Below, one piece after another: positions 16,290 through 27,514 of a stretch of 64,000 nt of DNA. Within the stretch, counting starts at the first letter, position 1; every line of letters begins with the position of its first letter. The position numbers and the translations under genes are program-made. The DNA comes from Candidatus Multivorans sp. GTDB taxonomy: Bacteria; Acidobacteriota; Thermoanaerobaculia; Multivoradales; Multivoraceae. The notes under the pieces were generated by a model. That model was not told the DNA's origin and ran no database searches. It saw nothing but the letters and a program-made list of their open reading frames with translations. The stretch is from NCBI GenBank assembly GCA_965224025.1, contig OZ245033.1, forward strand, positions 64,001 through 128,000. The letters run 5' to 3'.

Positions 16290-18545
16290 TCAGCCTGCGG
16301 GGCCGGCGCCGTAGAGGTCGTGGTACTGGGCCACGTTGTGGAACACGCGCTCCAGGTAGTTCCTGGTCTCGCTGAAGCCGACTTTCGTGAAGTACTCGTC
16401 GGCGCCGCTGGTGTAGCAGTGACGGCGCCAGAGGCCGGCCTGCGCTTCACCGGCGTTGTAGGCGGCGATCATCATGTGCTGCTCGTTGCCGAACAGGGCG
16501 CGCAACTCTGCCAGGTGCGCGGCGCCGAGTTCGATCGCAAGCGAGGGATCTTCCAGGTCGCGCGGCGTTCGCAGGGGCCGGCCGGTGCTGGCCGCAAGCC
16601 GTGCCGCGGTGGGGTAGACGAACTGCATCAGGCCCCGCGCCGAGGCCGCCGACACCGCCTGGTGGTCGAAGCGGCTCTCCTGGCGCATGATCGCCGCCAT
16701 CAGGAAGGGATCCAGACCGCGTCGCGCCGCGGCGGATTCGATCATGTCGCCGTAGGCTCTGGGGTAGAGCGCTCGGCGGAGGGTGAGCGGGTGGAGCGGC
16801 GCCGGGACCCGGCTCGGCGCGCGCTCAGCGAGGATCTCGGCGATCAGGAGCGCGCGTCGCGGCCGGCTCTCGGCGAGGCCCTCGGCTGCGGTCAGGGCGA
16901 GACGCGGGCTCGCCACCGGGAAGTGCCGGTTCACGACCTCGACTGCGTCTCCCCACAGGCCGAGCGCCAGCATCAGTTCCTGTGGACGTGTGGCGGACTG
17001 GGTCCACAGCGGCCAGGTGTCGGGCGGCATGCTGCGCAGTGTCAGGAAAGAACGCACGCCCGAGTCGGAGACCAGCCGGCCCTGGAGGAGCTGCCGCGCG
17101 CCTTCGGCCTTGTCGCCGCGCCGACCATGGAGCAGCCAGGCGCGGTAGAGCAGGGAGGGGTTCTGGGAACGCGCCATCTCGCCCGCGAGCCGCTGGGCGT
17201 GAACCCGGAGCGGCTCGGCGGCAAGACGATTCGCGGCTTCCTGCGCCAGGGGGTGGTGCGGGTCGGCCGCGAGCACGTCGGCGTAGTTCTCGATCGCGCG
17301 GTCCAGACCGCCGCGGGCTTCGAGCAGCCGGCCCCGCCAGTAGCGCACTTCGAGGGCCACGCTGCGACTCGCGCGCTCGGCGTCGGCCAACCAGTCGCCG
17401 GCGCGGTCGAGGCGTCCCTGGACGAGGTCCGAAACGGCGAGGAAGAGGCTGCCGCGGGCGACCACGGCGCGGTCGCCCTGGAGCTGAAGCAGCACGGGAT
17501 AGAGCTTGAGCGCTTCGTCCTCGAGCCCGCGCCGCCAGTCGAGGCGCATCGCGCCGAGCAGCGCCGCGGCCGCGAAGTTGCCCTGGGGATGGGCCAGGTA
17601 GGTGCGCCGGAAGGTGTTGGAGGCGGCGCTCCAGTCGCCGGACAGCTCTTCCGACTTCGCCTTGTGGTAGAGCGCCTGGGCCGAGTAGCGCGCCGAGTTC
17701 ACGTTCGTGGCCAGCACTTCGTAGTGCCGGGCCGCGTCCTCGAGGCGGCCCTGCCAGAAGTGGCTGCGCGCCCACCGGTAGTGGATCTCGAAGTCGGAGT
17801 TCGTCCGCACCTCCAGGTCGATGACGATCCGGCCCAGCAGTTGATTGGAGCGGTCGAAAGCGCGATGTTCGTGAAACGTCGTGCCGAGCAGCAGCAGTTC
17901 CTGCGGGTTCTCGAGTTCCGGGCGCAGGCCGTGCAGCCGTTCGGCGGCCTCGAAGGCCACGACGTCGTTCGACCGCTCCTCGAGCAGGGCGACCAGGTCG
18001 AGAGCCCCTTCGTCCAGCTCGCCGGCCGCGAGCCGGCACTTGGCGCGGCTCAGGCTCAGGAGGCGGCGTTCGGTTGCGGGCAGGCGGGAAACGGTGATTC
18101 CGGCCAGCAGCCGGCAGTCTCCGCCCAGATCGAGACTCGACGCGAGCAGTTCAGCTGCCGGACGCACCAGGACCCGCGGCGGCCGGTTGCCGAGTAGCGT
18201 CGCCGTGACGCCGGCCGCGATCTCCGGGGCGCCGAGCCGGGTCTGGGCGACCGCCAGGCGGTGGCGTGCCCAGGGTTCGAGCGCCGGAGTCTCGGACAGG
18301 CAGGTGGCGAAGGCCTCGGAGGCGTCTTCGAGCCGTCCGAGTTCTTCCAGCAGCCTTCCCTGCAGGTAGCACATGCCGTACCCGGCCGCGAGGTCCGGTT
18401 GCTCGCTGCGAATCCGTTGCGTCTCTTCGAGGGCGGCCTCGTGCTGCCCGTCGGACTGGAGCTCGACCAGGCGGATACGCGGATCGTCGTCGGCCGCCAG
18501 CACCAGCAGCGGCAGCGTCCAGGCGATCATGGCTAACGAGGCCAT
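16290..18545 (-). CDS. Soluble lytic murein transglycosylase with TPR-like N-terminal region
   Basis: C-terminal SLT motifs IMRQESRF, ARGLMQF, AAYNAGE and ETRNY; hydrophobic N-terminus from the ATG at 18545. The ORF extension to 19670 is antisense to prfA. Confidence 0.88.
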   Translation of the reverse strand: MASLAMIAWTLPLLVLAADDDPRIRLVELQSDGQHEAALEETQRIRSEQPDLAAGYGMCYLQGRLLEELGRLEDASEAFATCLSETPALEPWARHRLAVAQTRLGAPEIAAGVTATLLGNRPPRVLVRPAAELLASSLDLGGDCRLLAGITVSRLPATERRLLSLSRAKCRLAAGELDEGALDLVALLEERSNDVVAFEAAERLHGLRPELENPQELLLLGTTFHEHRAFDRSNQLLGRIVIDLEVRTNSDFEIHYRWARSHFWQGRLEDAARHYEVLATNVNSARYSAQALYHKAKSEELSGDWSAASNTFRRTYLAHPQGNFAAAALLGAMRLDWRRGLEDEALKLYPVLLQLQGDRAVVARGSLFLAVSDLVQGRLDRAGDWLADAERASRSVALEVRYWRGRLLEARGGLDRAIENYADVLAADPHHPLAQEAANRLAAEPLRVHAQRLAGEMARSQNPSLLYRAWLLHGRRGDKAEGARQLLQGRLVSDSGVRSFLTLRSMPPDTWPLWTQSATRPQELMLALGLWGDAVEVVNRHFPVASPRLALTAAEGLAESRPRRALLIAEILAERAPSRVPAPLHPLTLRRALYPRAYGDMIESAAARRGLDPFLMAAIMRQESRFDHQAVSAASARGLMQFVYPTAARLAASTGRPLRTPRDLEDPSLAIELGAAHLAELRALFGNEQHMMIAAYNAGEAQAGLWRRHCYTSGADEYFTKVGFSETRNYLERVFHNVAQYHDLYGAGPAG

Positions 18546-18632
18546 ACGAAACGATAACCGGAAAGCAGGATCCGGCATTCCGGCGGCCGCCGCCCGTGGC
18601 AGGATACGGAACCAACTGGAGGATCTCGGGCC

Positions 18633-19718
18633 ATGCTCGACAAGCTCGAACAGATAGAGCAGACCTTCGACGAGCTGACGGCCAAGCTCGCCGATCCGGA
18701 CGTGCTCGCCAACCCCGGAATCTTTCGCGACACGAGCCGGGCGCTGGCGGAGCTGAACCCGGTCGTCGAGCTCTTCCACCGGTACAAGAGGACCCGGGAG
18801 GAACTCGATCAGACCGCGGAGCTCCTCGGCGAACTGGACCGCGACGACGATCTGTTCCCCATGGCGACCGAGGAGCAGCGACTGCTGCGGGCGACGCTCG
18901 ACGCGCTCGCGGAGAAGGTGAAGCAGGAGCTGGCGCCCAAGGACCCGGACGAGAAGCGCAACGCGGTGCTCGAGATCCGCGCCGGGACCGGCGGCGACGA
19001 GGCGACCTTGTTCGCCGCGGAGCTCTTCCGCATGTACAGCCGCTTCGCCGATGCGCACGGCTGGAAGGTCGACATCCTCGACCTGTCCGAGTCCGGCATT
19101 CGCGGCGTCAAGGAGGTGTCGGCGATCGTCGAGGGCCGGGGCGCCTTCGCCACCCTGCGTTACGAGGCGGGCGTCCACCGCGTCCAGCGCGTGCCGGAGA
19201 CGGAGGCCTCCGGGCGCATCCACACCTCGGCGGTTACGGTCGCCGTGTTGCCCGAGGCGGAGGACATCGAGATCGAGATCGAACCCTCGGACCTGCGGGT
19301 GGACACCTACTGCGCGTCCGGCCCCGGCGGCCAGGGCGTCAACACGACCTACTCGGCGGTGCGCCTGACGCACCAGCCTACCGGCGTGGTCGTCACCTGC
19401 CAGGACGAACGGAGCCAGATCAAGAACAAGGCGAAGGCGATGCGGGTGCTCAAGAGCCGCCTGCTCGAGATCGAACAGGCGCGGGCCGAATCCGAGATCG
19501 GCGCGGAGCGCCGCCGGATGGTCGGCAGCGGCGACCGCTCCGAGAAGATCCGGACCTACAACTTCCCGCAGAACCGGGTCACCGACCACCGCGCCAGGCT
19601 GTCGATCCACAAGTTGCCTTCCATCCTCGAAGGGAATCTCGACCCGCTGATCGTCCCGCTGCACCGGCACTTCGAAGCGGAGCGGCTGCGGCAGTCGGGC
19701 GACAGCGGGGCGATCTGA
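18633..19718 (+). CDS. prfA: Peptide chain release factor 1
   Basis: Motifs [21 protein letters not shown] (PxT), GPGGQGVN and [12 protein letters not shown]; SD GGAGG. Confidence 0.98.
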   Translation: MLDKLEQIEQTFDELTAKLADPDVLANPGIFRDTSRALAELNPVVELFHRYKRTREELDQTAELLGELDRDDDLFPMATEEQRLLRATLDALAEKVKQELAPKDPDEKRNAVLEIRAGTGGDEATLFAAELFRMYSRFADAHGWKVDILDLSESGIRGVKEVSAIVEGRGAFATLRYEAGVHRVQRVPETEASGRIHTSAVTVAVLPEAEDIEIEIEPSDLRVDTYCASGPGGQGVNTTYSAVRLTHQPTGVVVTCQDERSQIKNKAKAMRVLKSRLLEIEQARAESEIGAERRRMVGSGDRSEKIRTYNFPQNRVTDHRARLSIHKLPSILEGNLDPLIVPLHRHFEAERLRQSGDSGAI

Positions 19719-19733
19719 CGGGGCTGCCTCCCG

Positions 19734-20600
19734 GTGCCGGAGGGCCGCAGGCCTCAGCAGGGGGCCGCTCGAATCATCGATCTGCTTGACCTGGGCTCAA
19801 GTCACCTGAGCGGTTCGGTGGACATGCCGCGCCGGGAGGCGGCGCGGCTGCTGGGCGAGGTCCTGGGGCTCGCGGAGGCGCAGGTGTACGCGCGCTCTGA
19901 CGAGGATGTGTCCGAGCGCGCCGGGGTGAGCTACGGGCAGTTGATCCGGCGCCGGGCGGATCGGGTGCCGATGGCCTACCTGGTGGGCCGGCGCGAGTTC
20001 TACGGTCGCAGCTTCGAAGTCGATCCGCGGGCGCTCATTCCGCGGCCGGAGACGGAACATCTGGTGGAGGCGGCGCTGGAGTGCATCGGCGCCGGCGCCG
20101 GCGCCAGAGTGCTCGACCTGGGGACGGGGTGCGGCTGCATCGCGATCACGATGGCGCTGGAGCGCCCGGAGGCGTCGGTGGTCGCGACGGATCTTTCGCT
20201 CGGTGCGCTGGCAGTGGCGGCGTCGAACTGCCGCCGGCACGATGTAGACGGTCGGGTGCTTCTCGTCCGCGCGGACCTGCTGTCGTCTCTTCGGCTGCAG
20301 GCGTTCGACGTGGTCGTTTCGAACCCGCCCTACATCGACACAGGCGAATGGCACTCGCTCATGCCGGAGGTGCGTGACCACGAGCCGCCGGAAGCGCTGT
20401 TCGCCGGTGACGGGCTCGATTTCTACCGCCGGTTGTTGGGTGCGGGCGAGTCGTTCGCGGCGGGTCAGCGGTTGCTGGTCGAGATCGGGAAGGGGCAGCT
20501 CGACGGGGTGCGGGAACTGGCGGAGCGCGGCGGGTTCGAGGTGGAGGCTGTTGTTCTTGACCTGGCGGCGCTTGCGCGGGTTGTGCGGTTGCGGCGGTGA
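19734..20600 (+). CDS. prmC: Release factor glutamine methyltransferase
   Basis: Motifs LIPRPETE, LDLGTGCG and VSNPPY; directly downstream of prfA. Confidence 0.95.
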   Translation: MPEGRRPQQGAARIIDLLDLGSSHLSGSVDMPRREAARLLGEVLGLAEAQVYARSDEDVSERAGVSYGQLIRRRADRVPMAYLVGRREFYGRSFEVDPRALIPRPETEHLVEAALECIGAGAGARVLDLGTGCGCIAITMALERPEASVVATDLSLGALAVAASNCRRHDVDGRVLLVRADLLSSLRLQAFDVVVSNPPYIDTGEWHSLMPEVRDHEPPEALFAGDGLDFYRRLLGAGESFAAGQRLLVEIGKGQLDGVRELAERGGFEVEAVVLDLAALARVVRLRR

Positions 20601-20601
20601 T

Positions 20602-21285
20602 CTACTTGCGTCCCACCACGACCGCAATCCCCGCCTCCCGCCATACGCACTCGGCCTCGAAGCCCGCCGCGGCCATGGCCGCCAACTCGTCCTCGAGCGG
20701 GAAGTACGTGTCCTCCTCCGACCACTCCTCGAAGTGCTCGAAGGCGCGCCGCTCGTCGATGCCGTGACTCACCAGGTGGTCGGCCCACGCGCGCCATGCC
20801 GCCTCCGCCGCGGCGGGTTCCGCCGGCATGGTGGCGTCGGCGTTGACGAACACGCCGCCCGGCCCGAGTGCCTCGTGGATGCGCCGGTAGAGGCGCCGCT
20901 TCTCCTCCAGAGTGGGCACATGGTGCAACGCCAGCGACGCCGCCACACCGTCGCAGCCCGGCAGGTCTCCCAGGAACGAGCCCTCCGCGAAGCGCGCGCG
21001 GCCGCCGAACCGCGCGAGCCGGGTCCTGGCCTGCTCGAGCATCTCCGTATCGACGTCGATGAGTTCGACCGTCCCGGCGTCGGTCGACCCCAGGATCGCA
21101 TCGGAGAGGGCGCCGGCGCCGGCGCCGAGGTCGAGCACCAGGCCGGGTGCGACCGGCGCGAGTTCCCGCGCCGCGATGCGGAGCATCTCCTCGTAGCCGG
21201 GAATGAACCGCCGGATCGTGGCGTCGTAGGCGTCTATCGCGACCCGCAGATGGCGGCGAACGGAGTGAGGCTCGGCGCCGGTCAT
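20602..21285 (-). CDS. Class I SAM-dependent methyltransferase
   Basis: Motifs IPGYEEM, VLDLGAGAG, SLALHH and LGPGGVFVNAD. ATG at 21285 lies just outside the IS end. Confidence 0.85.
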   Translation of the reverse strand: MTGAEPHSVRRHLRVAIDAYDATIRRFIPGYEEMLRIAARELAPVAPGLVLDLGAGAGALSDAILGSTDAGTVELIDVDTEMLEQARTRLARFGGRARFAEGSFLGDLPGCDGVAASLALHHVPTLEEKRRLYRRIHEALGPGGVFVNADATMPAEPAAAEAAWRAWADHLVSHGIDERRAFEHFEEWSEEDTYFPLEDELAAMAAAGFEAECVWREAGIAVVVGRK

Positions 21286-21289
21286 GGTG

Positions 21290-23260
21290 CTAGGCCGAAG
21301 TTCTGAGGCTCCTGGGGCCTCCTCGTCGTCGAGAGGCGTTGCAGTGCTTGGGTTTTCGGGTGTTGGGCCGCCCCTGTTTTCTGCCATTGGTAGCCATGTA
21401 ATGATCTCGTGGCATGTAGATATTCTGAATGGTTTCGTCTACAATGAGAAGCCATGTACATCGAACGGGTACCCAACCGAAACTCACCACCAGCCGTCCT
21501 GCTGAGAGAGTCCTACCGACAGGACGGAAAGGTCAAGAAACGCACTCTCGCCAACCTCTCCAAGTGGCCCGACCAACTCGTCGAAGGACTCAGAACCCTG
21601 CTCAAGGGAGGAGTCGCCCTGCCTTCGCTCGAGGCAGCCTTCGAGATCCTGCGCGCCAGACCGCACGGCCACGTCGCCGCCGTCCTCGGCGCGGCCCGAA
21701 GCCTCGGCCTCGAACGGCTCCTCGATCGACGGCCCTCGCGGGCGCTGGCGCTGGCCATGATCGCGGCCCGCATCCTCGAGCCGCGATCCAAGCTCGCCAC
21801 CGCCCGCGGACTCGCAAGCGAGACCATGAGCCACACCCTCGGCGAGGAACTCGGCGTGCAGGAGGCCTCGGCCGACGAACTCTACGGCGCCATGGACTGG
21901 CTGCTCGAAAGACAGCCGCGCATCGAGCGGACTCTTGCCCGGCGGCATCTGGAAGACGGCTCGCTGGTGCTCTGCGACGTGACCTCGGTCTACTTTGAGG
22001 GCAGGAAGTGCACGCTGGCCAGGCACGGCTACTCCAGGGACAAGAAGAGAGGCAAGGTCCAGATCGTCTTCGGCCTGCTCTGCAGCCGGGACGGATGCCC
22101 GGTCGCGGTCGAGGTATTCGAGGGCAACACGGCCGATCCGACGACCCTGAACGCCCAGGTGCAGAAGCTCCGCGACCGCTTCTCGCTGGAGAGGATCGTG
22201 ATGGTCTCAGACCGGGGCCTGATCACCGACGCGCGCATCCGCGAGGACCTCGACCCCGCGGGCCTGTCCTGGATCAGCGCCCTGCGCGCGCCGGCGATCA
22301 GGACGCTGGCCCAGGAAGGCCACCTGCAACTGTCGCTCTTCGACCAGCGGAAGATGGCCGAGATCAGGGTCCCGGAGCTGTACCCGAAGGAGCGCCTCGT
22401 GGTGTGCCGGAACCCGCTTCTGGCGGAGGAACGCGGCCGCAAGCGCCAGGAGCTTCTCGAAGCCACCGAGCGCAAGCTCGACGCCGTCGTTGCGGCGACG
22501 CGGCGCAAGAAGAACCCCCTGCGCGGCAAGGACGCCATCGCCGTGCGCGCGGACCGCGCCCGGGGCGCCTACAAGGTCGGCAAGCACTTCGAGGTCGAGA
22601 TCGAAGAGGACGGCTTCCAATACCGCCGCAACGAGGCGCGCATCGCCGAGGAAGCCGCTCTCGACGGCTTCTACGTCATCCGCACCAACGTCCCCGAAAA
22701 CGAACTGCCGGCAGCCGATGCGGTCCGCGCCTACAAGAGCCTCAGCCGCGTCGAACGCGCCTTCCGCTCCTTCAAGAGCGTCGACCTCAAGGTGCGCCCC
22801 GTCCACCATCGCCTGGCCTCGAGGGTGCGCGCCCACGTCTTCCTCTGCATGCTCGCTTACTACGTCGAGTGGCACATGCGCCGGACCCTGGCGCCCATCC
22901 TCTTCGACGACCAACGCCGCGACGACCAACGCGAGTCGCCAGTCGATCCCGCGCGCAGGTCGCCCGAGGCGATGGCCAAGGCCAACTCCCGGAGCACCCC
23001 CGACGGACTCCCCGTCCACAGCTTCCAGACCTTGCTCGCCGACCTGGCCACGCTGACCCGAAACCGGGTGCGGATGCACGGCGACGCCGACTCCACAGCC
23101 GACGTCCTCGCACGGCCCACTCCACTCCAGAACGAAGCCTTCAAACTACTCGGCATCCGCCCCTGAAGCCGACGTACCCAGTACAAGACACCGCCGAACA
23201 ACTGAAAACGCCCACCACTACAGGCGATTTCACGACTTGAAGCTCAGAACTTCGGGCTAG
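21290..23260 (+). mobile_element. IS1634-family insertion sequence
   Basis: Terminal inverted repeats CTAGGCCGAAGTTCTGAG (21290-21307) and CTCAGAACTTCGGGCTAG (23243-23260), 17/18 match, with weaker inverted similarity further in; they enclose the transposase. Confidence 0.88.
21454..23166 (+). CDS. IS1634-family DDE transposase
   Basis: Motifs MYIERVPNRNSPPAVLLRES, CDVTSVYFEG, GYSRD, SDRG, YKSLSRVERAFR and HVFLCMLAY. Confidence 0.93.
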   Translation: MYIERVPNRNSPPAVLLRESYRQDGKVKKRTLANLSKWPDQLVEGLRTLLKGGVALPSLEAAFEILRARPHGHVAAVLGAARSLGLERLLDRRPSRALALAMIAARILEPRSKLATARGLASETMSHTLGEELGVQEASADELYGAMDWLLERQPRIERTLARRHLEDGSLVLCDVTSVYFEGRKCTLARHGYSRDKKRGKVQIVFGLLCSRDGCPVAVEVFEGNTADPTTLNAQVQKLRDRFSLERIVMVSDRGLITDARIREDLDPAGLSWISALRAPAIRTLAQEGHLQLSLFDQRKMAEIRVPELYPKERLVVCRNPLLAEERGRKRQELLEATERKLDAVVAATRRKKNPLRGKDAIAVRADRARGAYKVGKHFEVEIEEDGFQYRRNEARIAEEAALDGFYVIRTNVPENELPAADAVRAYKSLSRVERAFRSFKSVDLKVRPVHHRLASRVRAHVFLCMLAYYVEWHMRRTLAPILFDDQRRDDQRESPVDPARRSPEAMAKANSRSTPDGLPVHSFQTLLADLATLTRNRVRMHGDADSTADVLARPTPLQNEAFKLLGIRP

Positions 23261-23321
23261 AGTGTACGGATCCCATACACGGGAGTATTCGGACAGGAGA
23301 GGAACAGGAAGCTCACGCTCC

Positions 23322-26000
23322 ATGTCTAGGATTCCAGTCACTGTGCTCCCTGGAGGCAGTGTCAAGCGGACGAAGTTGTTCGTCGTTGCGCTGGTGCTGC
23401 TCGCGGCGCCGGCCGCATCTTTGACCTACGCTCCGGTGACGGACGCCGAACTGGTGGACGGCGCCGCGGCGATCGTCTTCGGCGAGGTGGTTTCGGTGCG
23501 TGAGACTCCGCGCTACCGTTACCTGACGGTCGCCGTCGATGGCGTGCTCAAGGGCGGCGCGGGAGCCACGGTGACGGTCGAGCAGGTCGGCGGTACGGAG
23601 TGGATCGTGCCCGGAGCGCCGCAGGCCGTGCTTGGCGACCGCGGCATCTGGTTCCTCGACGCCGACGGCCGCGCCGACCCCGCGCTCGGATGGATGCAGC
23701 GGGTAGGTGCGCGCTACGTCTCGACCGACGGGGAGGCCCGTGAGGCGGGGCGATTCCGGGCGTGGGTCGAGGACCGCCGCGCCGGGCGCCGGCGACCGGC
23801 GGACTACGAAGCCGTCGGTCCGGTCGCGGTCGTGCAGCCATACAAGTTGTACGACCGCCGATGCGGTGGCGGGCGGGTCTTGCGGTGGCGGACGTTCCCC
23901 ACATGGTCGGCCAACAGCATGGAACTGTCCGGCACGGACGGTTCGGTCGGCTGGTCCGATCTTGTGGCGTCGGCGGCGCGTTGGGAGGCGGCCTCGGCGG
24001 CGTCGCTGCCGTTGTCGCGCACGGAGGAGCGAGTGACGGGCGTCCTGAGAGTCTCTCTCAACGCCGCCGGCCTTGGCCTCGGCTACACCGATCCGCCGAC
24101 GGTGACGTTCTCGGAGCCTCCCGAGGGTGGGCGGAGAGCGGCGGGCACCGCGGTCCTGGGCCAGCGGCGGATGGTCGGACAGGGGAGTACCGACCTTGAA
24201 TTGGGCACCGTGAGCCGCGTCGACGTTTCCGACTCCGGCGACTACGGCCTTCTCGGCAACCCTCGGGTGACGTTCAGCGCGCCCGTCGACAAGGGCTCGC
24301 TCTCCCGGCTCAAGTGGAGCCACGGCAGCGGCTACGTGGAAGCCCCTGCGGTCACGGTCTCGGACGCGCCGGCCGGCGGCACGACGGCGCGCCTGCAAGC
24401 GCTGATCCTCAACGGCGAGGTGGTTGAGATCGTGCCGAACGACCGCGGCGCCGGCTACACGTCCGCTCCCACGGTCTCGATCGCGGCGCCGCCGGCGGGT
24501 GGAACGCAGGCGGAAGTCCTCGCGGTGGAAACGGCCCTTCGCACCGCTGCCGCCCCGGTGGACGGGGAACCAGACTTCGATGCGCTGCCGACTCCGACGC
24601 ACATCAGCGATACGGGGATCGGCGTTCGTCCCCTTAGGTTCGGGATCACTCTCGGCCGAGCCTGGCTGTTCTGCGGCACCTCCTATGACGCCGCGAACCT
24701 GGGGCCGGCAACGGAACCGTCCCGCGCCTATGTCACCGTGGTCCGCAACTTCCTTGACAACTACCCGCCTGACGACTGGCGGCAGGTGATGACCCATGAG
24801 TTGGGTCACGCGCTGGGCCTGCACCATTCGTCGGATCGGGAAGCGATCATGTGGTCGGCCAATATCAGTGGTCGCGGCTACCACCTGAACGACGACGACA
24901 TCGCCGGGATCCGGGCGCTCTACGGCGTCGAGAGCCCGGATCCGCCACCACCTCCGCCTCCTCCACCTCCGCCGCCACCTCCTCCGCCTCCTCCACCTCC
25001 TCCGCCTCCTCCGCCTCCTCCGCCTCCGCCTCCGCCACCTCCACCTCCACCTCCACCTCCGCCGCCACCGGAGCCGGAGCCCGAGCCGCCGCCACTGGTG
25101 GCGAGTCTGGCCGTGCCTTCGTCCCTGGAGACGGGATTGGCGGTGATGTTCGACGGCAGCGGTTCCGTGGGCGCCGAGAGCTACAGTTGGGACTTCGGCG
25201 ACGGCACGGCGATCGCTCATCCGAGCACGGAGTCCATGCCGTCGCACACCTACGTTGAGCCGGGTTCGTACGAGGTCCGTTTGGAAGTGGGGGCCGCGGG
25301 CGACTGCGGCGAGGAGTTGTGCCGGCACGATTCGGTGACGGCATCGGTCGAAGTGGGAGCGGGCGCCCTGCCGGCGGCGCGGTTCGACCTGGATGCCGAA
25401 TGCCGCGACGATTTGTGCAGCGTGCGGACCGGCGTCGAAGTCGCGCTACGCGACATGAGCAGCGGCACGGTGGCCACGACAAGCTGGGACTTCGGCGACG
25501 GGACCGTGTCGAGCGAGCGGGACCCGACGCACTCCTGGTCGTCGCCGGGCTTCTACAGGGTGGCGCTCGGCGCTTCCGGTCTGGGCGCCACGTCCACTGT
25601 GAGCCGGGACATCCTGGTCCTGGCCAGCGACCCGGCCGGTACGTGCGAGCCGGACCGCGGGACGCTGTGTTTGCGGGATTCACGGTACATGATCCGTGTG
25701 ACGTGGTGGACCGATGACGGAAGAAGCGGCGCGGGGAGCGTGGCGTACGCGGGAACGAACGACTCCGGCCTGTTCTGGTTCTTCGACAGGCAAAACTGGG
25801 AGGTGCTGGTCAAGGTGCTGGACGGCTGCGCGCTGAACGGCCGCATGTGGGTGTTCGGCGCGTCGACTACGGACCTGGGCTACTTGATCCACGTCACCGA
25901 TACCGTGACGGGCACGTTCAAGGAGTACCGCAACGAGCCGGGCCGGCCGGCGGCGGCGATCACGGATCCGACCGCGTTCCCCGGCGGCTGCGGGCGCTGA
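23322..26000 (+). CDS. Secreted metzincin (matrixin/M10-like) protease with polyproline linker, two PKD domains and a Cys-containing C-terminal domain
   Basis: Signal-like LFVVALVLLAAPAAS; HELGHALGLHH plus Met-turn AIM; 43 consecutive Pro; two WDFGDG PKD motifs; C-terminal SGLFWFF..NWEVLVKVLDGC domain. Confidence 0.88.
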   Translation: MSRIPVTVLPGGSVKRTKLFVVALVLLAAPAASLTYAPVTDAELVDGAAAIVFGEVVSVRETPRYRYLTVAVDGVLKGGAGATVTVEQVGGTEWIVPGAPQAVLGDRGIWFLDADGRADPALGWMQRVGARYVSTDGEAREAGRFRAWVEDRRAGRRRPADYEAVGPVAVVQPYKLYDRRCGGGRVLRWRTFPTWSANSMELSGTDGSVGWSDLVASAARWEAASAASLPLSRTEERVTGVLRVSLNAAGLGLGYTDPPTVTFSEPPEGGRRAAGTAVLGQRRMVGQGSTDLELGTVSRVDVSDSGDYGLLGNPRVTFSAPVDKGSLSRLKWSHGSGYVEAPAVTVSDAPAGGTTARLQALILNGEVVEIVPNDRGAGYTSAPTVSIAAPPAGGTQAEVLAVETALRTAAAPVDGEPDFDALPTPTHISDTGIGVRPLRFGITLGRAWLFCGTSYDAANLGPATEPSRAYVTVVRNFLDNYPPDDWRQVMTHELGHALGLHHSSDREAIMWSANISGRGYHLNDDDIAGIRALYGVESPDPPPPPPPPPPPPPPPPPPPPPPPPPPPPPPPPPPPPPPPPPPPEPEPEPPPLVASLAVPSSLETGLAVMFDGSGSVGAESYSWDFGDGTAIAHPSTESMPSHTYVEPGSYEVRLEVGAAGDCGEELCRHDSVTASVEVGAGALPAARFDLDAECRDDLCSVRTGVEVALRDMSSGTVATTSWDFGDGTVSSERDPTHSWSSPGFYRVALGASGLGATSTVSRDILVLASDPAGTCEPDRGTLCLRDSRYMIRVTWWTDDGRSGAGSVAYAGTNDSGLFWFFDRQNWEVLVKVLDGCALNGRMWVFGASTTDLGYLIHVTDTVTGTFKEYRNEPGRPAAAITDPTAFPGGCGR
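24942..25070 (+). repeat. CCN trinucleotide repeat encoding 43 consecutive prolines
   Basis: Read directly: only CCG/CCT/CCA codons over 129 nt. Confidence 0.95.
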
Positions 26001-26111
26001 TCGTCGACGCTTGGGGGCTTCACCCCTACGTCTCCATGAGGTAGTGCGGGCGTCGTTCGTCTAGTCTAGAGTCGTTCGTGTCTGGAGCCCGCTGCCGGGA
26101 GGAGGAACGCC

Positions 26112-27506
<1,395 letters not shown>

Positions 27507-27514
27507 GAGATGAC

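Noticed and set aside
18546-19670. N-terminal extension making the transglycosylase ORF 1126 aa
   Set aside because: It is the reverse complement of prfA; the signal-like start is at 18545.
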